NCBI RefSeq assembly: GCF_009914755.1
Contig: NC_060933.1
Length of the DNA stretch: 64,000 nucleotides
Source: the human T2T-CHM13v2.0 reference genome, Homo sapiens
Strand: one strand, 5' to 3'
Positions 17,364 through 45,474 of this stretch are shown one piece after another (positions within the stretch are counted from its first letter, which is position 1; every line of letters starts with the position of its first letter). The position numbers were made by a program, and so were the translations under genes. Below the pieces are notes generated by a model. The model made no database searches. It was not told the DNA's origin and saw only the letters and a program-made list of their open reading frames with translations.

Positions 17364-18068
17364 CTATGGAACAGAACACACGCCACTCTGTTTCACACAA
17401 GGCCACATTCATTCATATTCTGCTTTACACCAAGAAAATATTAATTAAAATCAGGTTAATTGGCATCCACCTCCCATAGGATCCTGAGTATTCATTACAC
17501 ATCAAGTGTTCTCAACAAAATGGCTCAGAATTAATTACAATTGAAACACTTTTCATTTTGCAAAACTGAACCGCTCCGCATAATGTAATATTTGGCTTCA
17601 TTGATACTTAGTCAAGATATAATCCAAAATTCATATACATGCTATATGTACTAATGTAAAGGATATTTAGATATACATTAGAGATGTAATATTTGAGTGG
17701 TCTGTGTTAAGATGCCTTAATTGCTGACTGAAATTGACATATTTCTTGGATGAATGACTAGCATGACAGGGACTCCTGACAGTGCCAAACCAAATCAACT
17801 CTAGAATGCAGATTCCATACTTCCTGTTTTTGCTTAATTACATTCTAAAGTTTTCCTAATTACTTTAATTGAAACAATCTGGCATAGGTCCAGTGACTCC
17901 ATATAAGAAAAGTTAATTATGTTTTTATTGTTCTCTCCTCCAATTTAAAAACTGACACAAAATGAATGGGAAATGCAACTTATTTTTATAGACATGTATT
18001 TCTCCTTTCCGTGTGTAGTCATCAATGGCATGTGTCTATTACAAGACAATTTTCAATGGTAAACATAC

Positions 18069-18125
18069 TTGTATTCTTCTTCCTCCTTCGAGTTCTTTTT
18101 AGGTTGGTACTTCTTTGAAAGATTC
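18069..18125 (-). CDS. FNBP1: FNBP1 coding exon 3, (R)NLSKKYQPKKNSKEEEEY(K)
   Basis: Acceptor TTTTTATTTCAG|G, donor TACAA|GTATGT; 57 nt, phase 2 to 2; bridges exons 2 and 4 in frame. Not present in the supplied ORF track. Confidence 0.95.
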
Positions 18126-18343
18126 CTGAAATAAAAATGCAGACATGTCAGCTTTATATAGAAAGAGAATTAAGAAATCAGGAATGAAAGATAACATTAG
18201 TGCTTTTGTTACAAGTTTAAAACAAACAAAAAAAGTCCACAGCTGAAATCCATTTCCTTCAATCTTTCAACATGTGTGATGAAGCTACTGTTATTAAGAA
18301 CGTGCACAGCTTTTCATCTTTTGTCTCAAAGCAGAGCAAATAA

Positions 18344-18712
<369 letters not shown>

Positions 18713-18828
18713 TAGCACTGAGCTGTTTTTCTTCTCAGGCCACCATTCTCTCGTGGTCATCCTGAGTTGGGGCATTATTTCTTCAAATCCAAGGAAAACT
18801 GTGTCCAAATGTTTAAAAATCAGAGTGC

Positions 18829-19169
<341 letters not shown>

Positions 19170-19487
19170 CTACCAGCGAGCGCATGAAAACCACCTGTGA
19201 ATAAATCTTCTTGAAGGAAGTCAAGACAATATTTTGGGGGTGTTGATGCTAAGACATTTAACTAGAAAAACTTTTAACCTGCCTAGCAGGTTTGCATTGA
19301 ACACATTCAGATTAGCCAAAATCATCCTAGTTTCCCTTCCTAATCTCATCTCCACGTTAAGAATCTAAATATTTTTCTTTATATTCACAAATAGACACAA
19401 AAACTAAGAGGTAATCACAGAAAAAAAAAAAAAAAACCCTCACTAACACTGGTTCTACTGACTGATTTCTCCTGGGTCCTGACTTTA

Positions 19488-20116
<629 letters not shown>

Positions 20117-20369
20117 AAGAAATAGCGAGAGCATGCTGAGCAGTAATCCACAGTAGGAACTCCATGTGTCAGCATCTCAGTCCTCACTTCCTTGTTAATT
20201 CCCTGTTGCTATTCCTCTTTATTATTTCACATGTTACTTTTATTTCTTCTACTTCCCCCAAATCTACAGATGTGCCTAGAAAAATATGTGATAATCAATT
20301 TACAATTTTGATCATGGTATGTTTTGCATACCAAGTGACATGTGGTTTCATCTGTAACAAATGCTACTA

Positions 20370-20550
20370 GATGACGGGAGAGGCCACCGGCTTCAGTACA
20401 AAGGGCATTGCTCTGGGAATCAAGAGACCATGTGCCCGGACAGCATGACCTCAGCAAATGAGCCAGTCTGTGCTTCCCATTCCTAATGTGTACGTCAGCA
20501 GGGGTTGGACGACATGACCTCCATTGTCCTTCTTGTTTTGAAATTCTGTG
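20370..20550 (+). mobile_element. MIR
   Basis: gctctgggaatcaagagacc...tgacctcagcaaat...ggggttggac...gacctcc. Confidence 0.55.
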
Positions 20551-20937
20551 GGACTAGATAACATCCAGTAGAATATTAACTGCTGCAATTATTCAAAAAA
20601 TGGAGGCATGTATATATAATAGTTTAAAAGTTATAATTAGACCGACTGATGAAAGAATGTAGTTAATTCAAAACTGAGATCATGTTGGCATACACGTCAA
20701 CATATCAACTATGACATGCTTTCTCTGCTGATACTGAGGATACATAGCAGAGTTTAATAATTCTAGATGCAAAATAATGTGAAAAAGCAATTATTTCCTT
20801 AAAGAATGTCCCTTGTAGAAAAAACAATGCAAAAAAGAGAAATATTTTATGTTAAAAGCACAGTACAGGTCTTTGAGTTGGATTATGATCACAATCACTT
20901 CTTAAAAACACCATCACAAGGATCAAGAATGAAAGGG

Positions 20938-21291
<354 letters not shown>

Positions 21292-21399
21292 TTATTTTCC
21301 AAATATATTGAGAGCAGCACATATGGGTGATTAGAGTATTGGAAAAGCGTAGTGGCTGCATGTGAGATATTTCTAGTGCGTGGTTTATTTTACAATTCA

Positions 21400-21710
21400 T
21401 TTTTATTTTTTATTTTAATTTTTTTAGAGACAGGGTCTTGTTCTGTCACCCGGACTAGAGTGCAGTGGCATGATCATGGCTCACTGCAAGCCTCGAACTC
21501 CTGGGCCCCAGGGATCTTCCCACCTTAGCCTCCCAAGTAGCTAGGACTACAGGTGCACACCACCATGCCCAGCTCATTTTTATTATTTTCTGTAGAGACA
21601 GAGTCTTGCCATGTTGCTGAGGCTGGTCACAAACTCCTAGCCTCAAGCAGTCCTCTCACCTCAGCCTCCCAAAGTGCTGGAATTACAGGCATGAGCCACT
21701 GTGCCCAGAC
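21400..21710 (-). mobile_element. AluJ
   Basis: gatcatggctcactgcaagcctcgaactcctggg (J-type). Confidence 0.9.
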
Positions 21711-22287
21711 TACTGCATGATTTTAAATATTAATCATTTCTTCTGTTACCTGTAACTTACAAATTGAAAATACCACTTCTAAATTCACACCTCATATAAA
21801 AATTATTCCAAAATGTTAAATCCACATTTTCTTTGTAGCTTCCTTTCAGTCCTTAGCAGCCATAAAAATCATGTAAGTTTTATATCTAGTTGAAGGAAGC
21901 CTTACGTGACTCTGAATCTATTGATCCAGGTAAACCAGTATTCTTTATAGTTCTCTTTTACCAGTCAAATCCTAAACAGGATTAAATTAGATCCCTTGTA
22001 GGTGATATACTGAAAAGACCATCGAGTTCTGATGAATGGGAATCACTTTGACAATACTGGCATATATAGCATTCAAAATGCTTCTTAAAAGCACTAATAA
22101 ATAATTCACTCTATAAATACCAGCATAAACCAAGAAGCTAAAGAGATCTCAAAGTGAACTTCATTTCAAAGGATATTTATCTCAAGAACTGCTACAAAAA
22201 AAAGATCAACTTTCCATTGCTGTTCTCTTGGGACAAGGTTTTTGCCCTATTTGTATTACCGTTATTTAAAAAATGAACACGGTTCGT

Positions 22288-22700
<413 letters not shown>

Positions 22701-23376
22701 TCAGGTAGCCTGACTAAAAGGTAAAAGAAAAAATAAACATTCTTTTATAAGGATGGTGGATTTAGACCTGGCTGATTCGAAGAACCACAGGAAGGCTTTA
22801 AAAATGACTTACTCGGCCCTATTCCAGAGCCTCTGCAACAGAAGGTCTAGGGTGGGGCCCAAGAATGTTTTGTGTTTTTTTCACTCTTATTTTTTTAAAG
22901 CTCACCACAAGATTTCTGGATCAAGATGGCAGAATAAAATCCAGCCAGAGAATTGTGCTTTCCCAACAACAAAAGGTGAAAAAATAAAAGCCAGGGAAAA
23001 TTTTAACAGCAGAAAATAAAAAAAATAAAAAAAATGAAGAAAGGAGTCTAATCTCAGTCCATACACTTTAGAAAATGATGACCAAGAAGAGCAACAGAAA
23101 ATTCTGGGACAGCTTAGAATGGGTGCTGACTCCTTCCTCCCCATCACAGGAAGGGAAATACGTCCACAAACCCTGAAAATCAGCCCAGACAGAAGTAAAC
23201 TGGGAGGCAAGCGCTCAGGGAATAGTGACAGAAAAATTCTGAGAGGAAGACATCTATGCTGACCACCCAAGGCCTTGGGCAGGAGCCGGGGCTCACCCCC
23301 CGGAGGTCCACTTTCCAGACCTCCAGGCTGAGTGCCCTGGGGGTTCGCCCCAAACCCAGGGATTCCACAGGATTAG

Positions 23377-23733
23377 GGATGTGGGTTCGCTGTGTCCCCA
23401 CCCAAATCTCAACTTGAATTGTATCTCCCAGAATTCCCACATGCAGTGGAAGGGACCCAGGGGGAAGTAATTGAATCATGGGGGGGGCCGGTCTTTCCCG
23501 TGCTATTCTCGTGATAGTGAATAAGTCTCACAAGATCTGACAGGTTTATCAGGGGTTTCCAATTTTGCTTCTTCCTCATTTTCCCTTGCCGCTGCCATGT
23601 AAGAAGTGCCTTTCACCCCCAGCCATGATTCTGAGGCCTCCCCAGCCATGTGGAACTGTAAGTCAAATTAAACTTCTTTTTCTTCCCAGTCTCGGGTATG
23701 TCTTTATCAGCAGCGTGAAAATGGACTAATACA
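23377..23733 (+). mobile_element. THE1A solo LTR (ERVL-MaLR)
   Basis: gctgtgtccccacccaaatctcaacttgaattg...aggggtttcc...atggactaataca; 5-bp TSD attag at 23372-23376 and 23734-23738. Confidence 0.92.
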
Positions 23734-24049
23734 ATTAGGGCAATCTTTGACCTAATGGCGTAAACCCCATAACAGAACCTCTAACAAAGTTTCAGAAGAA
23801 ATGACAGAGCTCAGAGTCTCGAAGCCAGGCCCTTTCGCGACCCTGACTCTATAAACACCTGTCCTCGGCCTTCAGCAAACCAAGCAGAACATATAATACC
23901 CCAGCCTCAAGTGGAACTCAAAGGGAAAGACCAATGGTACCAGAAATGGAACGAAGTGTGGCAAGGAACACTCACCTACACTCCATCAGAGCAGACAGGG
24001 CACTGGTGCGGCTCACGTTAGAAACAAACACACGCCAGTGTTGGCCTAA

Positions 24050-24270
24050 GACCTTTATGCTCTTTATTACCTTATTAAGCCCACTCAGCAACCTTATAAG
24101 GTGAGAATGATGATGATGATGATGATTCACACTTTACAGATGAAAATCATGAAACAAGGAGAGTAATTTAACCCAATTCATATGGCTGTTAAGTGGAAGA
24201 ACCAGGATTACATCCCAGGCATTGGGACTCTTGAGTCTGAACTCAACCACTTCACTAAACTGCCCCTATT
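24050..24270 (-). mobile_element. MIR with (GAT)n
   Basis: cactcagcaaccttataaggt...actttacagatgaaaa...aaccagga. Confidence 0.65.
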
Positions 24271-24285
24271 AAATATAAGCAACAT

Positions 24286-25128
<843 letters not shown>

Positions 25129-25254
25129 CTAAGGACTAAAATATACCACTATAGAACCCATCAATAAATGAGGGTGGATATCAAATTTAATAGAGGAAAG
25201 GTCTGAAATAACCATAATGTGAAAACAATCAGAAAAAAAAAGGATCTAAAGATA

Positions 25255-25708
<454 letters not shown>

Positions 25709-26303
25709 CTAAGAAAAACTATCTGATAAAGGATGATCAACTCCAAGGCATTGCTTAGTGAAGTTATCAGACTGCTAAGATGAACTAAAATTATTCATAT
25801 TTTTACTCAGAAACAGCCATGTTGCCTACAGAGAGAAACATCTGGCTGGCCCCAGACTTTTCCTCCAAAAGACGATGCAGCCACATGGAGAGAGAAAGTG
25901 TGACCAGAGACAACCAAGTCAAAGTGCTGTAAAGTATGGTGGCATTTTCAAGCAAGAAAGAACGCAGGGAACACGTCCCAAGCTCTAACGAGGGGGAGAA
26001 TATTCTTCCTTAATGCCAAGAGTCAAGGAGAGAGGCTGTTGTAGAGAGAAGTGCTGAGATGACTCTACGTTCAAATATAGAACCACGACAAATCAACTGA
26101 GGGCCTCGGGTTTCAGAACCCAGTCATACAACTCAACTAGAAGAAGGAGCAAAACATGTATATATTATTTTCCTAATCTTTTATAGCAGTGAGTCAATTG
26201 AGCCTGTTTAGAATTTCAACATGGAAGTACACACACACAATAATGACATCCTGTAAGTTTTTCATAATCTTTTTGATAAATTTTACCAAAGTTTAATATT
26301 TAT

Positions 26304-26545
26304 TTTTTTGAGACAGAGTCTGTCACCCAGGCTGGAGTGCAGTGGCGTCATCTTGGCTCACTGCAACCTCTGCCTCCTGAGTAGCTGGGATGACAGGAGC
26401 GCCCGGCTAATTTTTGTGATTTTAGTAGAGAGACGGGGTTTCACCATGTTGGCCAGGCTGGTCTCAAACTCCCAACATCAGGTCATCTGCCCACCTCGGC
26501 CTCCCAAAATGCTGGGATTACAGGTATGAGCCACCGTGCCTGGCC
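26304..26545 (-). mobile_element. Alu with internal deletions
   Basis: TSD agtttaatattta; lacks the gggttcaagcgattctcc block. Confidence 0.88.
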
Positions 26546-27091
26546 TAAGAGTTTAATATTTAAAGCTTAGCGCATCCCTCAGTTTCACTTTACTGTCGTT
26601 TGTACTGTTAAATTTAAATTCATTTCTTTATATATATGATATATACGATATGCAATTTGTTGTATAATATGATTTCTACCTAGTTACCCTCTATATACAA
26701 TGAGCTCCAATTAAAAACAGACCAAGACTTGAATGGTTCATTTTTTAAAACCATAAATGGCTCAAATGTATCAAAAGATGTTCAACCCCCATGCATACTA
26801 AGAGAAATGCAATTTAAGACCTAGATGTACCAGTTGTTAAGTAGCAAATTGACAAAGATCGGTTTGGAAACAGAAAGCAGCAGTGAGGGTGAGGTTGAGC
26901 AGGCCCTGTTACTCTGCTAATGGAGTGTCATGGGCCATAGTTTCTGGAAAGGGACTGGAGATCATGCCACTGCACTCCAGCCTGGGTGACAGAAACTGTC
27001 TCAAAAATAAATAAAATTAGGTTGTTCAGACTCAGAAAAAAAAATTATATTAGGAATTTCAACCTATACTACCTTGAATAGATAGTGACCT

Positions 27092-27600
<509 letters not shown>

Positions 27601-27749
27601 AGGAATCAAAGTCTCACGTTTATGTCTAAAATAAGTTAGCATTCTCCCCTGCAATGCAGAAAAAAAATATTTAATGATAGTTATCTCTCCCAAAGGCCAC
27701 AATGATTTTTCAACATCATATTACTATTTCAACCAAGTATCTGTTGAAT

Positions 27750-28110
27750 ATTCTGTAGCCACACTGGCCTTTCTATTCCTTCTACATGTTCCCGTCTCAG
27801 GACCTTTGCACTCTCTCCCCCCACATCCTTACATGTCTGGCTTCTTTTTGTAATTCACTTCTCAAGTGATGGGTTTTCCCTGACCAGCCTAGCTCAGTAA
27901 CCACCCCCACTTCAATCTCTATCACATCACTGCGTTTACATATTTGGAGTCATACATGCTATCTTTAAATGCTCGAATTCTTTGCTAATTTGCATGCAGT
28001 TCTGTTTTCTGCTGTGAAAGGTGAGCACTCCAGGTTCAGGCACTTCCTGTGTCTCGTTCATTCAAGCATCCCTAGTGATTGAAACTCGGCTGGCACCTTG
28101 TTGTTCTACT
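27750..28110 (+). mobile_element. L2 3' fragment
   Basis: agccacactggcctttc...tcaggacctttgcact...ttccctgacca. Confidence 0.7.
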
Positions 28111-28209
28111 TTTTGTTGTTAAAATCTCATCAGCTCTCACAGGCCGGTGCAAACACATAATTCCCCATAAAGCAAAGCTGGCTAAATATCTTAGGCCTGT
28201 ACCCTACCG

Positions 28210-31030
<2,821 letters not shown>

Positions 31031-31215
31031 CATTCAAATAATCAACGTGAAACAGACCATGTTCTATTCCTACTTTCAGTTCGAAAAGCCCCTGACGTGT
31101 TGACGAGACTGATATGCACACAGGGCACTAGAAACTGATCTGGATTCTCCACTTATAAAAATTATTTCATTGTGTGATGTTTTACATGTTATTCACTCAA
31201 TAAAAACAAAATCTG

Positions 31216-31990
<775 letters not shown>

Positions 31991-32228
31991 AAGAAAAAGG
32001 AAAGTAAATGTTTCTAAATCAAAATCATCTAGCTCTTTAACAGGCCTTAAAACAATATCCACAAACCAATTCAACTACAACTATACAACATGAAATCATT
32101 AAGGACTTTGCATGCCACTTCAAGTTCAAGCTTAGTTCTACCAAGAACTTTTAAATATATTCTATAAAAACACAAATTTCTTGGATAATCTCATCATTAA
32201 AAGATGTAAGGAGATCCAAAGTACTTAA

Positions 32229-33330
<1,102 letters not shown>

Positions 33331-33588
33331 CTGAGAAACAAGCTGCTCCAAAACTCAGCAAATATCTTGTTGAAAAAAAAAACTGGGCCTTAAAGCAGTA
33401 ATTTAGTTTTTATTTTTAATGTTCTATGAAAATTAATTTTCTGTATGAAAAACAATCACTTCTATTGAAATATTACCTTACATAAAAGGAAAAATATTTA
33501 AAATATACATTTATACTGTAAAATGAGAATATACGTTATCCTTACATCATTTTGCAGTTAACAAATAACCTTTTTCAATATCAACTTA

Positions 33589-33807
<219 letters not shown>

Positions 33808-34179
33808 CTAATATTTTCCATGATTATACTTGGGGTGCTTTTTTGTTGAGCCATTTTAAATCAACATTACCAAATTTGGTTTGAAAACCGCCTGGAGTAC
33901 TGAACTCTGACCTATTCATTCATATTTCCTATTCCTTTTAGAAACATAGTTTTCAGATATAACTGATGTCTCAGTGCAAGGAAAAATGTCATTCCCAGAC
34001 GCCAAAAACCGACAGGTGAAACATACACACAAACACAGCCACACACGGTTTGCACCTTAACTGTTATCTCTGGGTAATCATTCAAAACAGCTGATTGAAT
34101 CTGAGCCGAGGAACGGGGGGAAGTGTTACAAAATTTTGCTTTCTTCAAATGATTAAAATAAAACACATGGATTTTATTC

Positions 34180-35130
34180 TTCCAAACATACACCAAACCC
34201 ACACTGTGAGCCAGGAACAGTGCCTGGAGCTGGGGAACCAAAATGAACAAAAATACAGCCTGAGTTTGCATTGTGCCTTGGGGTTTCTGGTCTGGAAGAA
34301 CAAGAGGGAGCCTGGGTAACACAGAACCCATCTCTACAAAAACAATTTTTTTAAATTAGCTGGGCATGGTGTTGTACCACTGCACTCCAGCCTGGGTATA
34401 AGAGCATGACTCTGTCCCCCCAAATAAAGAATGAGAGGGGACAGGTATGCTAGCAACAGCTAATGCAAAGACATGGAGATATCCAGGAATCAAGTGAATT
34501 TGTCTTTGAGTGCAAGGTGGAGGTGGGTGGGGCAGAAGGGAAGTGGAGTTGGCGAGTGATGAAACTAGAGACAGCTCAGAGCTAGATCACCCAAGGCCTT
34601 GAAGGACGAGCTTAGGAGTTTAGACTCTCCAGCAGGCACAAGAGGACTTGGAAGAGAAAGCCAGGAAATGGCTCCAACAGTCTAGATGAGACAAAATAGG
34701 CACAGAAGGGAAGAATTCTAGGGACATTTAACAAACACAATCAACTAGTGTGTGAGTGGCCGGTTGGACGTGGAGGCTGGCAAGGGTATGAGGGGGAGGG
34801 AGGATTCCAGAGTGACTTTCAGGTTCTGCTTCCCGGAATTAAACAGAAGATCCAGATAAGAAAGAGCTACAGTTTGGGGTGAAAATTAAATGTTGTTTTG
34901 ACATGTTGAATGAGGGACTGGCCTGTCCAGAAGAAAGCTGGAAACACAGAAGGATTTAGAACTCAAGAAGGGCATCAAGTGAGTAGGTGGATCTCAAGCA
35001 ACAGCCGAGGATCAGAACACCAAAGACGACAGCAAGGATACACAGAATTAGCAAAGAGGGCCTGGCCCAGGAAGCAGAGCCCAGAAAGGACTAAGGGGGC
35101 GAGCCAGAGGGGGCATGAGCACATCACAGG
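34180..35130 (-). mobile_element. L2 fragments with a deleted Alu remnant (+, about 34308-34425)
   Basis: cactgtgagccagg...aatgaacaaaa; ggagtttagact; gttgttttgacatgttgaa. Confidence 0.6.
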
Positions 35131-35436
35131 GAAGAGAGAATTCCAGTGGAAATGGAATTCTCCATGGAAAATTTGCTGCCTCCTGAGAGGTAACAGTCAT
35201 AAATGAGGGTTCTAGCCCCAGCAAAGGGATTTCACAGAGACAGGCCCCCAAATGTTTCAAGTTTTAGTCATTTGCCTGTAAGACGCAGCTATAATCTAAT
35301 TTCCTAATTTCACAAATCAGTCATGAGGATCATGCGAAATGGGGAAGTGCCAACTCAAATATAAAAATATAAAGCTAGTGTTTAATCCTACGCTTGTGCA
35401 ATCTAACAGTATACATTCAGTGTCTTACTTCAGACT

Positions 35437-36085
<649 letters not shown>

Positions 36086-36449
36086 TACAAAATTATAAAA
36101 CAAAAGTGCAAAATGTTTGTCTTTATGACTAATAATTTTTAATATTTAAAGTTGATTCTTGGTCCTCAATAATATATATTCCACAAACCCCTAGATTTCA
36201 GTTTAAGAAACACTAGATTATGTTATCTATAAAGTCAAGGGTCATCAAGTAAGCTAATAGTGTAAACGAGACTGACGATCACCTTAAACTACTTGAGAGA
36301 ACAAATATACACACAACTCAAGCTATGACTACAAATCATTCTTACAAATTGAGAGCACGACTTCGTCAAAGCCCTCTGCTTATCAGTAACCCTTTGTGGA
36401 TCTAGTTTCACAGTAATCATATTTATTTTTAAAATGATTAACAATTATC

Positions 36450-37329
<880 letters not shown>

Positions 37330-38013
37330 TCAGCAGTCATAGGTGCCACCTTGAAAACTTGCCCAGAGGATATGCTCTTAGGTTTCATTCTTGGCCTATT
37401 AACAACCTGACTACAGATTTCCCCCCACCATATCACTTTGCATTCAAACTGATGTATACTATACAAAGCAACAGCTTTCGATACCAAAGCCCTTGAAAAC
37501 AACAGAAAAAGCCCATCTACATTTGAATTGAGTCCACCTTAAAAATTACTGGCCTCAATCCAACAATATGTTTTCCATAAAGTTATCTCTATTCAGGACC
37601 ATTCTACAAGCTATAATAAAGCGTTTACCAAGATGACAGAGCCCAAATAAGATAGAAGATCTTAATAATAAAAACCTTACTCAGTAACAAATGAGCTGGT
37701 GCTTGTTTGTGTCTATAGCAGAGTTCTTTTGATGCTCTGTGAAACCTGAGGATGCCCCCACGCTCTCACTATCACATGAACTGCTGCAGCACTGACTTGA
37801 CAGCAGCTAGAAGAAAATTCAAGACAGATGAAAAACGAATCAACCCACTTACATTCTTGACTAAAATGTGGAAAAGTTAATGGAAAAAAAAATCCAAATC
37901 TTAAAAGGACTCCTTTGTGAACAAATATTATAAACGGCTCTTTAAAAACAGCCTTTGCTACTTTGGGGATGGTGTCATCAAAAATGCATCCCTTCCTGCC
38001 TGATGTCACATCA

Positions 38014-40312
<2,299 letters not shown>

Positions 40313-40325
40313 TCATATAACATAT

Positions 40326-40960
<635 letters not shown>

Positions 40961-41056
40961 TCAAAGTTGCACATTCTAAACATTAAGAAACTTAGGTAAT
41001 AAACAACCTAATAGAAAATAATGTTTATTTTATAGGTGCATACTGTGTATACATAC

Positions 41057-41479
41057 TGCTATAGTTTGGATGTCTGTCCCCCTCAAACTTCATGTTGAAA
41101 TTTGATTCCCAATGTCAGAGGTGGGGCCTAATGGGAGGCCTTGGGTCATGGCGGCAGATCCTTCATGAATACCTTGGTGCCGTCCTTGACGTAATGGGTG
41201 AGTTCTTGCTCTATGAGTCCTGGCCAGAGCTGGTTGTTAGAAAGAGCCCAGCACCTCCCCCCTCTCTATTGTGCCCTCTCTGGCCACGTGACCTCTGCCA
41301 TGCAGGCTCCTCTTTACTTTCTACTATGAATGGAGCAACCTGTGGCCCTTTCTGGATGCAGGTGCCTTATCTTGAACTTTTCCAGACATCAGAATTATAA
41401 GCCAAACAAAGATTTTTTTCTTTATTAATTACCTAGCCTCGGACACTCCTGTGTAAGCACCACTGAACAGACTATAACC
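41057..41479 (+). mobile_element. MSTB-like solo LTR (ERVL-MaLR)
   Basis: tgctatagtttggatgtctgtccccc...ttattaattacctagcctc...; 5-bp TSD catac. Confidence 0.85.
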
Positions 41480-41920
41480 CATACTTTCAACTATTCACTC
41501 TAAGATTGCCAAGAGGACTACAAATGGATGTTTCCAAGCTGTTGGTTACAACCTGATGGTACCTTTCAGGAACCTCGCTGAACCACTCACCCAACATCAC
41601 ACTTCACCTTGACCTTACACTCCCCCTTGACCTTGACCTCACACTGCTCCTTGAATTCAAACCAACCAAAGGTGTGTGCCAGGTGCTGTTAGTTATGAGA
41701 CGCTGAATAAACTGAAGAGTTGAATGAAGAAAGTGTTATTGTGTTAATCAATATGCAATTGCTACTTTTTACAATTATTTTCAGGTCTGGTTTTAGGTAC
41801 TATATTCTGATTAAGTTACAATAAGCATGGGCTATGGCATTGGTTTGGGTCATTATATCTTCATTAAGTTAAAAAAAAAAAATCTTGCCCTCACAAATCT
41901 GTAATAAAAACCCAAAAATT

Positions 41921-42703
<783 letters not shown>

Positions 42704-42865
42704 CTATTTTTTGCTCAAATTATGCAGAAGAGTTGTCACAGGAACTACATTCAGAAAAGCTATTTACTTTGAGATGAGGAGACCCAAGTCATCCACAAGG
42801 AAGTTTTCCTCCAAAGTCTAGGTCAACTTTAATATGGTGTTTTCCTGTAATTAAAAAGTGTACTA

Positions 42866-43051
<186 letters not shown>

Positions 43052-43464
43052 TCAAAATCCCTGGAATAAGCCAATCTAGTAAGAGACTAAGTTGCTAAAA
43101 TTACCTATGTAAGTGGCACAGACTCCAGGAAAGGGGGTCCTGAGGCCAGTCCCCCTCTGTAAGCAAATCTCTCCTGCAGTGAATTATTCACCCAGTGAAG
43201 GGAATGATCTCCTCCACACTACTGAGACTACTTTGGTCTGTGCTATCTAGACTGCTATTTCTGTATACTCCAGTTTTTGATAAATTCACCTTCCTGAGGA
43301 CTTGGGCATTTTAAGAAGCAGGACTTAAATGGCTCTGTTTAAACAGAATCCCTTAGGATTATGTTACTAGCATTAGCTTCCTCAAACTGTGGAGGAAAAT
43401 GTGTCAGAGGGTATAGATTTACTCAAAGAGTAACTGTAAGAAAATATCCATTTAAAATGTTTTA

Positions 43465-43991
<527 letters not shown>

Positions 43992-44050
43992 TTACAAACA
44001 AAAATGTGCCATCACAAATACCACCTGAAATTAACTTCTCGAGCTTTTAA

Positions 44051-44384
<334 letters not shown>

Positions 44385-44904
44385 AAATTGAGAATATTAA
44401 AAGCAGAAATACTCAAATATATTTTTCAACCTAAAAGTGATGAAAAAGGATTACCCAAAGTGACTTCATTGCTTGCCCACAAAAAGAATAAATTACATGT
44501 GAAAGGCAGAATTAGAAGGTTTATTTGTTTTTTCCTTTTGTTGTTTTTCTTCCAAACACTATGGTGACTTAGGAATAGAAGGTTTATTTCAAGGATCACA
44601 GATACCTTATGTTTTGACAATAGGAGTAGATGCAGATTCCACAAAATCATATATTCATCTGCTGTTTCTGAAACTGGTTTTTGAATTAGGGTGCTGTGCT
44701 CCCTGGGTTGAAAATGTCTCCTATAGCAGGAGCCTGTGAGGTAACTGACAAAAAGGGGCTCCAGCACCACAGTGCCCTAGTTGTACATTCAAGTTAATAC
44801 AACAGATTTTAATTAGAAAGGAAAAGCACACAAAATGAAAGGTCTTACTGAATTCAAATCTCATTAAAATGCAATTCTAGAACTTGCCATTAAAAACAGG
44901 TACA

Positions 44905-45469
<565 letters not shown>

Positions 45470-45474
45470 TCATA

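Noticed and set aside
23637-23649. PRDM9 recombination-hotspot motif in THE1A
   Set aside because: The sequence is CCTCCCCAGCCAT, not the hotspot-associated CCTCCCTAGCCAC; it mismatches CCNCCNTNNCCNC at positions 7 and 13.
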